A stretch of DNA of 64,000 bases, from positions 8,432,001 through 8,496,000 of the forward strand of contig CATOCA020000001.1 in the NCBI GenBank assembly GCA_951406725.2, given 5' to 3'. Both the position numbers and the translations under genes were made by a program. Within the stretch, counting starts at the first letter, position 1, and the number at the start of each line of letters is the position of its first letter. Shown in pieces: positions 53,187 to 64,000 of the stretch. Below the pieces are notes generated by a model. That model saw only the letters and a list, made by a program, of their open reading frames with translations, made no database searches and had not been told where the DNA came from. Origin of the DNA: Octopus vulgaris (lineage: Eukaryota).

Positions 53187-54965
53187 CACTAAGTTTTAAA
53201 ATAGCAATATTTTTCTTTTCTATCACATCACGTGATATTTCCCCATGGACTGGTCCATATTAACCGACCCATAGCTCCATCTTTCAGAAATTTCTCGATG
53301 TGTTTTTGGTAGAGTAGCTTAGCAGTAAGATTCTCAGAGTCAGTTGAGCATTCAGTGAGTGAAGTTGTGACGCTCTGTTGGCCTCGTATACATACATGTA
53401 TAGAAGTGTGTTTCCTAATATCTCTGAGCTTCAACGCTCGGTCGTCTCAATCTGCTTTGTTAATCTCTTCTTACTATCAACAAATGTACAAAAGACATCA
53501 TCGTTAAACATTTCTGTTGAATATTTATTTTATCCAAGTATTTCGACATCTATTTAGACAAACCTAGATACATAAATATGCTCTTTGTTTTTTCTCTCTT
53601 TTCACATTTATCTCCTGAAATAATGCAGAGGTTCAGTAGCATGGTGTCATTGCGAAGGAAATGATTGAAATTCCCTGACACCTGTGGGTGTTTTACAGTA
53701 TCAAGTCCAAGAATGAACATTGCTCAATTGACTTACCTGAAGATTAAAGTTGGCAATCGGTATAAATCATGGGTCCCGCTCAATATATGTAAACCCGGTG
53801 CCGAAAAATCTATGCCAATCGACAAAGGACTCAAACAAACAACTAACTTTTGGAATTCCTATGGCATGGTAAGAACCGAAGAACCATATTAAAGATTGCT
53901 ACTTTTGTCTCACAAATTCTTCTGGTTATAGCAAGAGATTGCGACAGAACAAATCTGGATTCATCAAATCGTCCAATGTTTCACCCAGAACCCAGTTTCA
54001 AGGATCTACCGTCATTGCAAGATAAAACTGGTATATGTGAAGTAGATGTAAAACATGAAGATGACAGTGATACAGACTTTGTAGTAAGATCGACCAAAGA
54101 ACGTGAAAACCAGGCAGAACTCAAGTATTTCGTTAGAGACCTACGACTGTCACAAGAGTTATCGGAACTTATCTTCTAGGCTTAAAGAGAAGAATGTGTT
54201 GCAGAAACGTGACTTTTTATCAGAACAAAGAAAAAGTCCTCTTAGCATTCATTACAACTGAAAATTATTTTGTTTACTGTTGTGACGTGGCGGGGCTGTT
54301 AAATGCGATGGGTGGTGGATACTATGACCGTTGTGAGTTTATAGATAGCTGAAAGAAGTGTCTAAAATGTTTGTTAGTCCATAATTGAAACTTGTTTGCT
54401 GCGCTTCCTATTGGTCACTCTGTGAACTTAAAAGAGAATTATGATCACATAAAAGTTGAATTAGATTTACCCAAATCTGATGAACACAAATGGGTCATAT
54501 GTGTGGATCTAAAAATGCTCAACTTTTTACTTGGTCAACAAAGAGTTTACACAAAACATCCGTCTTTCCTGGGTTTATGCGATAACCAAACGAGAGACAA
54601 TCATAGGGAGCCGGAAACTCTGGCAAGTAAGGAAAAGTTTGACTTCTGGAGAGAAGAATATCATACACGAAACACTTGTTGAGCGAGAGAAAATCATCTT
54701 CTCAACCCTTCATTTTAAACTAGGACTAATGAAGTAATATATCGAAGCTCTTAATGTGGAGAGTAGCTGTTTCAAATTCATATGTTTAGCATTTCCTGTG
54801 TTATGATAAAATAATGGATGGTGTTTTTTGATGGGTCACAAATCCGAAAGTTAATGAAATGCCAGACATTCTCGTGCTCGAGGACTGACGTAGAAAAAAG
54901 AGCATGGGATTCATTTGTGGCTGTTGTGAAAGGATTTGTAGCGAGTGAAAAGGCTGAGAACTACA
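53187..54965 (+). mobile_element. Decayed DNA transposon, probably Chapaev3-like (CMC superfamily), 3'-truncated
   Basis: Broken frames: NQAELKYFVRDLRLSQELSEL, LPIGHSVNLKENY, WVICVDLKMLNFLLGQQ, LHFKLGLMK, FFDGSQIRKLMK, AWDSFVAVVKGF; putative CAC left end at 53187. Confidence 0.72.
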
Positions 54966-56188
54966 ATAAGGATTCATTATTTATTTGTCCTCATTTTGTT
55001 TGTTGTTCTCATTCCGAAGGTATTTTTCGATGTAATTATTATTATTATTAAGGTCATTGCCTGGATTCGAACTCGGAATCTTGGGGTTAGTATCCCCGAT
55101 TCTTAACGACTACGCCTGTGGGCAATTATGGAGTGAATTTTATGGGTTATAAATCTAATATTTTCCTATCCTTCCTTAATACCGGTTCCCATAGGCTATT
55201 CATATCTGCACTCGGTCTGCTTAGGAGGATGTTGTGTCCTTGCATATGTGCTGCTTCTTTTAGTTTTCCTATTTTCCAGTGGTGTTCTCTATCTATTATT
55301 TTAACTTCATCCCACCCGGATGAGGTGGTCTCCATTTTTCCATACATGATCACCTATACCCGTTTTATCAATATCTCCTCGTGTCACAGCTTTGCGATGT
55401 GCGTCTACCCTTATTTTGAGGGGAGGCATGTTTCGCCTTTGTATAACCTACCATAGCTGCATGGGATGGAGTACACGCAGTCTTTGGTCATATTCTCTTC
55501 TATTGGTGGTTTAACTCGAAGGAAATATTTGTGAAGTGTTGTATTACTCTTGAATGCTGTTCTGATGTCATATGGGCCACATATCTTTTGTATCTTTTCG
55601 GAAAGTCCTTTCACATAGGGGCAGACAGACTGTGGACAGTTTATTGGTTTCATCCTCTCTTTTCTTCATAATTAGAGTGGATTGTATATTTTGGGGTAGT
55701 TGTTACTTAATAGATTGTTACTTAGCTTGATCATTTCTTCGTTGTGGGTATCACAATCGCTACTTATATTCATTGCTCGATGTTTTAGGCACTGAGCAAT
55801 CCCTCTCTTTACACTGTATGGATTGTAGGAATTGAAGTTGAGGTATCGTCCGGTGAAGGTCGGCTTGTAGTATACGGATGTCCTGAATCCATACTTGGTG
55901 CATGTTATTAATACGTCCAGGAATGCCAGCTGATTGTATTTCTCCTTTTCCATTGTGAACTGTATGGATGGCTTTATTGAGTTCACATGATATAACAGCA
56001 CTTGAGCATATTCCTGGTGGGGCCAGACTATAAACGTGTCATCAACATATCGCAGCCATAGGGTTGGTTTTAGTGGTGTTGATCCTAAGATTCACTCCAT
56101 AATTGCACACGGGCATATGACGCAGTGGTTAAGAGCGCGGGCTACTAACCCTAAGATTCCGAGTTCGATTTTCGATTCCAGACAGGGA

Positions 56189-56262
<74 letters not shown>

Positions 56263-56275
56263 TGGAAAAATATGT
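54965..56275 (-). mobile_element. 5'-truncated Penelope-like element (RT C-half plus C-terminal GIY-YIG) with inverted terminal repeats
   Basis: WLRYVDDTF, IQFTMEKE, LAFLDV, VYYKPT, PYVKGLSEKI, VYSIPC..YKGET, KLKEAAH; attcactccataattgc plus tRNA-like head on both sides in opposite orientation. Confidence 0.9.
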
Positions 56276-56690
56276 AGTACTCCTTGGAGTAGTCCGTCCG
56301 CTTTGGTCCTCCCGTGACTCCCACCTCTCACCTGTGGTTCATCAATGCTATCTGCATGCAACAGTATCCACACCAAGGCTCATGGCTTCCACAGGCTGGC
56401 TAAACCATGGATAAGGGTAGCACACGGCCTTTAACCATTGGTGGACTAGGGCTTGTCTATACCTAAGGATGTGAACCGGTTGAGTGTGCTGAGGAAACCA
56501 CTAGACAGGCTCAACGGACCAGCAAACTTTGTGGAGAGCCAACTGCAACCTGTCTGCAGTTTTCTTGACTTCATCCTTCCACTGGAATCACAGAGGAAGG
56601 GACGAGAGAGTGAGTCAGATGCTATTGTGCAACCTTCCCTCACTTTAATCCATGTCACGCTCAATTCAAGATATCACACCATCCCAGGGT
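56275..56690 (-). mobile_element. Possible 5' UTR fragment of an RTE/BovB-like LINE
   Basis: GC-richer island; ctagggcttgtctatacc and cctcactttaatccatgtcacgc recall RTE 5' UTRs; no coding support. Confidence 0.35.
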
Positions 56691-56700
56691 CAAGTAAAAA

Positions 56701-56939
56701 TCGGGTTGGTGCATAATTATTGCAGCTATTTTTCAACAAATATTATTCAACAAAAACAATAAAACTATTTATCAAAAACATCTTTACATGATCGTCTATC
56801 AAGCGAATGGGAAGTAGTTATTGAAGTAGATGGTGAATATGCTCCGGAATAATCATTTAACGATGTTTTTGTTACATGTTATTGTTTTTGTTGAATAAAA
56901 TTTGTTGAAAAAAGCCGCAATAATTATGCACCAATCCAA
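56701..56939 (+). mobile_element. Mariner-derived MITE (internal deletion derivative)
   Basis: ~65-bp TIRs starting gggttggtgcataattattgc (similar to Hsmar1/Made1 TIR); internal LSSEWEVVIEVDGEYAPE* resembles a mariner transposase C-terminus; TA at right end. Confidence 0.85.
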
Positions 56940-57759
56940 TATATGGACACACACACACACAAGTCGGTCGACAATGGCAAAGAGACGGATGGAACAACGG
57001 TTTGCCTATTGATGAGAGAATCGGATGTGAGGACATCTGGATGGAACTCCGCTTCAGAGAGCATCGTGCGGTGTGTGGAGGGAGAGAAAGGGACGGAGCG
57101 ACGGCGAGTGATGCCTATTATTAAAAAGAGTGAGAATAATATAAAATAGTGTTTAAAACACATTATCGATAAATATCGAACATTGATCAATGGAATTAGT
57201 ACAGATTGCGACTCCACGTCGCTGATTCGTTTTTTATTTCGCTTTTTCACATTTCCAATTCTTTACTTTTCCTTTCACTCTGCCTGCAATCGTCACACAG
57301 TTTGCATGGTCGCTGGAGTGAAGTGGCTTAGAGGTTAGGGGTATTCGGCTTAGATTTGGGGTGATATATTAATATATGCTGAGGTGGGAGAGAGAGGATT
57401 TTCTAAGTACCCTTAATTTTTATATGAGTGACAACACAAAACTTTGATATACTTGGCTGTTATTTCTAGCATCACCTAGGCCACCAATTGTATATTATTC
57501 CTCCGGATGCTTCTTAACGTCTCCTTCAATCTTTCATGAAAAACAATGCAGAATATAGTGTATTGAACTGTTATTTCTACCATCTTACCCGACCACCTGT
57601 AGGACAATATGTTTGATAGACGCTTCGTCAAGTGTCCTGCTTTTATAAAACAAAAACTTTAGGAATTTCAAGGTGTTTGGTTGCTGTTTCACGAATGATG
57701 CGAGACAATAGAGAGGTGAGATTCTTTTATAAAAGTCGAAATGGTTTGGGGAGGGAAAC

Positions 57760-58691
57760 AATGAGATTAAGGGAAGGAAAGAGAGTGAGGGAGAGAGAGT
57801 AAAAAGAAGGAAAGAATGAGAGAGAGAGAGAGAAAGGAAGAAAGAAAAGAGAAAAAAGAAGGAATGAAAGAAAAGAGCAAGGAAGGAATAAAGTAACGTG
57901 ATTCTGTAATAATGCATGAAATGAGAGCGGAAGAAAGAAAAAAGAAAGAAAGAAATGATGGATGGAGGGAAGGAAGGAAGGAAGGAAGGAAAGAAGGAAA
58001 AAAGGAATGAAGGAAATAAGGAAGTAAAAGAAGGAAGGAAAGAATGGCAGTAAGGAAAGAAAGAAGGAAAAAAAGGCAGTAAGGAAAGAAAGAAAGAGAG
58101 ACAGAAACAAAGAAAGAAAGAAAGAAAGTAAAAAAGAAAGAAAGAAAGAAAGAGAGAAAGAAAGAAAGGGAGAAAGAAAGGAAGAAAGGGAGAAAGTAAG
58201 AAAGAAAGGGAAACAGAAAAGAAAGAATGTTAGAAGGAAAAAGAGGGAAAGATAGAAAGAATGAAGGGAAAAAAGAAAAAGAAAGAAAGAAGGAAAAAAG
58301 AAGGAAAGAAAGTGAGAAGGATTAGAGCAGGGTGAGAGGGAGAGAGAGAAAAAGGAGACAAGGAAAGGAAACGAAGTAACGACAGAAAAAAGAAAGGAAG
58401 AAAAATGAAAGACGGATTGAAGAAGGAAAGATGAGAGGAAGAAAGAAAAAAAGAATGAAGGGTAAGAAGAAGGAAATGAAAAACAGAAAGAAAAACAAAG
58501 AAATAAGGAAAATAAAAGAAGGAAGGAAAGAATGAATGAGAGAAATGAAGGAAGAAAGAAAGAAAGAAAGAAAGGAAAGAAAAAAAGAAAAAGGAAAAAA
58601 GGAAATGAAGAAAGAAAGAAAGAAAGAAATGAGGGAAATGAAGGAAGAAAGAAAGAAACAAACAAACAAAGAAACAAATAAAGAAGAATGA

Positions 58692-58734
<43 letters not shown>

Positions 58735-58735
58735 T
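57760..58735. repeat. Polypurine (GAAA/GGAA) low-complexity tract
   Basis: Composition. Confidence 0.92.
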
Positions 58736-58744
58736 GTGTGTGTA

Positions 58745-58890
58745 TACGAAGAGCCTCTTTCAGTTTCCGTCTACCAAGTCTACTCTTAGGTCGACCCGAA
58801 GGTATAACAGAAGACATTCGGACAAGGCGCCACGCAGTGATACCGAACCTGGAACCATACGGTTGGGAACCAACTTTCTTACCGTAAAGC
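58745..58890 (-). mobile_element. Diverged SINE family A head
   Basis: tttcagtttccgtctacc...cacgcagtg..ccgaacctggaacc. Confidence 0.7.
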
Positions 58891-59805
58891 CCTGTCTGTA
58901 ACTTCAGTTGATAAAACAAATCAAATCTTCGGATACATGTTTCTGATAGTTGAACTTTCTGCTCCACATGTATTCATGGAGAGAAGGAGGCGTGAAATAT
59001 TTCACGCTATGGCTGTAATATCGTTTCTTTTAATTCAGCTGACATCCATCTCGATAATCTTTCGTTTTAAGTATTCACGCGCAGAAAGAAAGAATACAGA
59101 AAAATCTGCAAACCAAATAAATTAAATGTGATTTCTTTTCAAAGTGAAATATATTCCAAAATTGCTAATTGATTTAAGATATGGCTGAGGGTACTCTGCC
59201 TGTTGTTTCTAGCTCAAAGAAGGTCGCATCTATGGAAAGAGAAGGAACGTGTCTCCATGGACTTCACCATCTGCATTCAGGATGGGAATAAAAAGACAAT
59301 AAACTGAAAAGCAAAAACATTGTCAATATGAGGCACCTGGCTGTTATTTCTAGCATGATGCAAGGCCAAGCTTAGGAGAATATCCTTTACGTTCTCTGAC
59401 GCGTCATCAGAGCGAACGATTTGCACGAAACTTGTTTAAACAGGTGAATTAAGTCTGACCCTCTTCTAAGTGCTGTGTATTGCGTCACTGAATGGAAGCT
59501 TGGCCGCATCCACAAAGGGAAAAAGGATGAAGAAACGCGAATGCGCGTTGACTTGTGATTTCAGTTGCTGCAGCATCCAACCTATGATTTGTATTGAGAT
59601 GTAAGTGTGAACGATTGGAACCAAATGCAGCTGAAAGGCACGAGGAATTCTGAAACTTTCATTATTACACCGGATCGATGTATTTAATTATTTAATTAAT
59701 GATTAATTACAGACTTACTCTATGTATGTGTGTCCGCGCGTGTGTGTTTACATTTTATTAAACCCCATGGCTTCACGACCAGTGTTTGGTTGTTTACGTC
59801 CCTGC

Positions 59806-59942
59806 GGTCGACTTTGCCTTTCATCCTTTCGGGGTCGATAAATTAAGTACCAGTTACGCACTGAGGTCGATGTAATCGACTTAATCCGTTTGTCTGTCCT
59901 TGTTTGTCCCCTCTATGTTTAGCCCCTTGTGGGTAATAAAGA
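59806..59942 (+). mobile_element. SINE family C 3' part
   Basis: Matches 17935-18070. Confidence 0.82.
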
Positions 59943-59946
59943 CAGA

Positions 59947-62900
59947 GTAACTTAGTCGTTTGGCAAAAGTTACCGACAGAAGTATTATGCACGCACGCAC
60001 ACACACGCAGGAAGGAAGAAAGAAAGGGAAGTAAGAAAGAAAGAATGGAAGGAAGGAAGGAAGAAAGAAAGAAGGAAGGAAAGAAAGAATGAACGAATAA
60101 ACGAAAGAAAGAAAGAAAGAAAGAATGAGAGAAACGAAGGAAGAAAGAAAGAAAGACAGAAGGGAAAAAAAGAAAGAAAAAGAAAGAAAGAAAATAGAAA
60201 GAAAGAAAGTAACTTAGTCGTTTGGCAAAAGTTACCGACAGAAGTATTATGCACGCACGCACACACACGCACATGCTGGAGTACTCCCTTCAATTGAAAT
60301 TCCTGAAAAGTTTACTCCAGCCTGGCCGCTGTGCAATGACTGAAGCCCTTAAAAAAACGTAAGGTCTCAATGAAACACTCCTTTCTTCTTCCCTAAACAT
60401 ATTCGCCAATTTCGAAAGACTTCAATGAATTATTTACATTAAAACAAATTTGGAAATGAAAGAATGAGAGAAAGGAAAGAAAGAAAGAAAGAAGGAAAGA
60501 ATGAGAGAAATGAAGGAAGGAAGAAAGAAAGGGAAGTAAGAAAGAAAGAATGGAAGGAAGGAAGGAAGAAAGAAAGAAGGAAGGAAAGAAAGAATGAACG
60601 AATGAACGAAAGAAAGAAAGAAAGAAAGAATGAGAGAAATGAAGGAAGAAAGAAAGAAAGAAAGACGGAAGGGAAAAAAAGAAAGAAAAAGGAAAGAAAG
60701 AAAATAGAAAGAACGAAAGTAACTTAGTCGTTTGGCAAAAATTACCGACAGAAGTATTATGCACGCACGCACACACACGCACATGCTGGAGTACTCCCTT
60801 CAATTGAAATTCCTGAAAAGTTTACTCCAGCCTGGCCGCTGTGCAATGACTGAAGAAAAAAACGTAAGGTCTCAATGAAACACTCCTTTCTTCTTCCCTA
60901 AACATATTCGCCAATTTCGAAAGACTTCAATGAATTATTTACATTAAAACAGATTTGGAAATGAAAGAATGAAGAAAGGAAAGAAAGAAAGAAAGAAGGA
61001 AAGAATGAGAGAAATGAAGGAAGGAAGAAAGAAAGGAAGTAAGAAAGAAAGAATGGAAGGAAGGAAGGAAGAAAGAAAGAAGGAAAGAAAGAAAGAATGA
61101 ACGAATGAACGAAAGAAAGGAAGAAAGAAAGAATGAGAGAAATGAATGAAGGAAGAAAGGAAAGAAAGAATGGAAGGAAGGAAGGAAGAAAGAAAGAAGG
61201 AAAGAAAGAAAGAATGAACGAATGAACGAAAGAAAGAAGAAAGAAAGAATGAGAGAAATGAATGAAGGAAGAAAGAAAGAAAGAATGGAAGAAGAAGGAA
61301 GAAAGAAAGAAGGAAAGAAAGAAAGAAAGAAACGAATGAACGAAAGAAAGAAGAAAGAAAGAATGAGAGAAATGAATGAAGGAAGTAAGAAAGAAAGAAT
61401 GGAAGGAAGGAAGGAAGAAAGAAAGAAGGAAGGAAAGAAAGAATGAACGAATGAACGAAAGAAAGAAAGAAAGAAAGAATGAGAGAAATGAAGGAAGAAA
61501 GAAAGAAAGACAGAAGGGAAAAAAAGAAAGAAAAAGGAAAGAAAGAAAATAGAAAGAAAGAAAGTAACTTAGTCGTTTGGCAAAAGTTACCGACAGAAGT
61601 ATTATGCACGCACGCACACACACGCACATGCTGGAGTACTCCCTTCAATTGAAATTCCTGAAAAGTTTACTCCAGCCTGGCCGCTGTGCAATGACTGAAG
61701 CCCTTAAAAAAACGTAAGGTCTCAATGAAACACTCCTTTCTTCTTCCCTAAACATATTCGCCAATTTCGAAAGACTTCAATGAATTATTTACATTAAAAC
61801 AGATTTGGAAATGAAAGAATGACAGAAAGGAAAGAAAGAAAGAAAGAAGGAAAGAATGAGAGAAATGAAGGAAGGAAGAAAGAAAGAATGGAAGGAAGGA
61901 AGGAAGAAAGAAAGAAGGAAAGAAAGAAAGAATGAACGAATGAACGAAAGAAAGGAAGAAAGAAAGAATGAGAGAAATGAATGAAGGAAGAAAGAAAGAA
62001 AGAATGGAAGGAAGAAAGGAAAGAAAGAAAGAAGGAAAGAAAGAAAGAATGAACGAATGAACGAAAGAAAGAATGAGAGAAATGAAGGAAGAAAGAAAGA
62101 AAGAAAGACAGAAGGGAAAAAAAGAAAGAAAAAGGAAAGAAAGAAAAAAGAAAGAAAGAAAGTAACTTAGTCGTTTGGCAAAAGTTACCGACAGAAGTAT
62201 TATGCACGCACGCACACACACGCACATGCTGGAGTACTCCCTTCAATTGAAATTCCTGAAAAGTTTACTCCAGCCTGGCCGCTGTGCAATGACTGAAGCC
62301 CTTAAAAAAACGTAAGGTCTCAATGAAACACTCCTTTCCTTCTTCCCTAAACATATTCGCCAATTTCGAAAGACTTCAATGAATTATTTACATTAAAACA
62401 GATTTGGAAATGAAAGAATGAGAGAAAGGAAAGAAAGAAAGAAAGAAGGAAAGAATGAGAGAAATGAAGGAAGGAAGAAAGAAAGGGAAGTAAGAAAGAA
62501 AGAATGGAAGGAAGGAAGGAAGAAAGAAAGAAGGAAAGAAAGAAAGAATGAACGAATGAACGAAAGAAAGGAAGAAAGAAAGAATGAGAGAAATGAATGA
62601 AGGAAGAAAGAAAGAAAGAATGGAAGGAAGGAAGGAAGAAAGAAAGAAGGAAAGAAAGAAAGAATGAACGAATGAACGAAAGAAAGAAAGAAAGAATGAG
62701 AGAAATGAAGGAAGAAAGAAAGAAAGACAGACAGAAGGGAAAAAAAGAAAGAAAAAGGAAAGAAAGAAAAAAGAAAGAAAGAAAGTAACTTAGTCGTTTG
62801 GCAGAAGTTACCGACAGAAGTATTATGCACGCACGCACACACACGCACATGCTGGAGTACTCCCTTCAATTGAAATTCCTGAAAAGTTTACTCCAGCCTG

Positions 62901-64000
62901 GCCGCTGTGCAATGACTGAAGCCCTTAAAAAAACGTAAGGTCTCAATGAAACACTCCTTTCTTCTTCCCTAAACATATTCGCCAATTTCGAACGACTTCA
63001 ATGAATTATTTACATTAAAACAGATTTGGAAATGAAAGAATGAGAGAAAGGAAAGAAAGAAAGAAAGAAGGAAAGAATGAGAGAAATGAAGGAAGGAAGA
63101 AAGAAAGGGAAGTAAGAAAGAAAGAATGGAAGGAAGGAAGGAAGAAAGAAAGAAGGAAAGAAAGAAAGAATGAACGAATGAACGAAAGAAAGGAAGAAAG
63201 AAAGAATGAGAGAAATGAATGAATGAAGAAAGAAAGAAAGAATGGAAGGAAGGAAGGAAGAAAGAAAGAAGGAAGGAAAGAAAGAATGACCGAATGAACG
63301 AAAGAAAGAAAGAAAGAAAGAATGAGAAAAATAAATGAAGGAAGAAAGAAAGAAAGAATGGAAGGAAGGAAGGAAGAAAGAAAGAAGGAAAGAAAGAAAG
63401 AATGAACGAATGAACGAAAGAAAGAAAGAAAGAAAGAATGAGAGAAATGAATGAAGGAAGTAAGAAAGAAAGAATGGAAGGAAGGAAGGAAGAAAGAAAA
63501 GAAGGAAAGAAAGAAAGAATGAACGAATGAACGAAGGAAGAAAGAAAGAAAGAATGGAAGGAAGGAAGGAAGAAAGAAAGAAGGAAGGAAAGAAAGAATG
63601 AACGAATAGACGAAAGAAAGAAAGAAAGAAAGAATGAGAGAAACGAAGGAAGAAAGAAAGAAAGACAGAAGGGAAAAAAAGAAAGAAAAAGGAAAGAAAG
63701 AAAATAGAAAGAAAGAAAGTAACTTAGTCGTTTGGCAAAAGTTACCGACAGAAGTATTATGCACGCACGCACACACACGCACATGCTGGAGTACTCCCTT
63801 CAATTGAAATTCCTGAAAAGTTTACTCCAGCCTGGCCGCTGTGCAATGACTGAAGCCCTTAAAAAAACGAAAGGTCTCAATGAAACACTCCTTTCTTCTT
63901 CCCTAAACATTTTCGCCAATTTCGAAAGACTTCAATGAATTATTTACATTAAAACAAATTTGGAAATGAAAGAATGACAGAAAGGAAAGAAAGAAAGAAA
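59947..64000. repeat. Tandem satellite: conserved ~250-bp core plus variable (GAAA)n spacer; continues past the window end
   Basis: Core gtaacttagtcgtttggc starts at 59947 (partial), 60209, 60719, 61564, 62162, 62785, 63719. Confidence 0.95.

Noticed and set aside
59947-64000. CRISPR-like repeat/spacer appearance
   Set aside because: Repeats are ~250 bp, spacers are related low-complexity GAAA tracts, no cas genes, and the context is eukaryotic

Overview
Eukaryotic, repeat-saturated, AT-rich DNA. The tRNA-headed SINE families, RTE/BovB-like, Tx1 and Penelope-like retroelements and very long (TA)n/(GATA)n/(TTTC)n tracts look like an octopus (coleoid cephalopod) genome; this is recognised from repeat content only. 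There is no recognisable intact host protein-coding gene, and nearly all listed ORFs are translations of microsatellites or SINEs. Content: a 10.8-kb polypyrimidine satellite; about 25 copies or fragments of three SINE families; decayed RTE, Tx1, Dong/R4-like and Penelope retroelements; Tc1, mariner-MITE and Chapaev-like DNA transposons; a head-to-tail Helitron pair; and a SINE-derived tandem satellite at the right end. Best leads: (1) Tx1 copies embedded in (GATA)n, plus a SINE sharing the Tx1 3' tail; (2) a Penelope element whose inverted terminal repeats carry a tRNA-like Pol III head; (3) a 3.4-kb local duplication with twin-priming-like geometry; (4) a ZNF143/YY1-type promoter with a candidate spliced minus-strand transcript. 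I see no firm evidence of a wholly new biological system; these leads are hypotheses.
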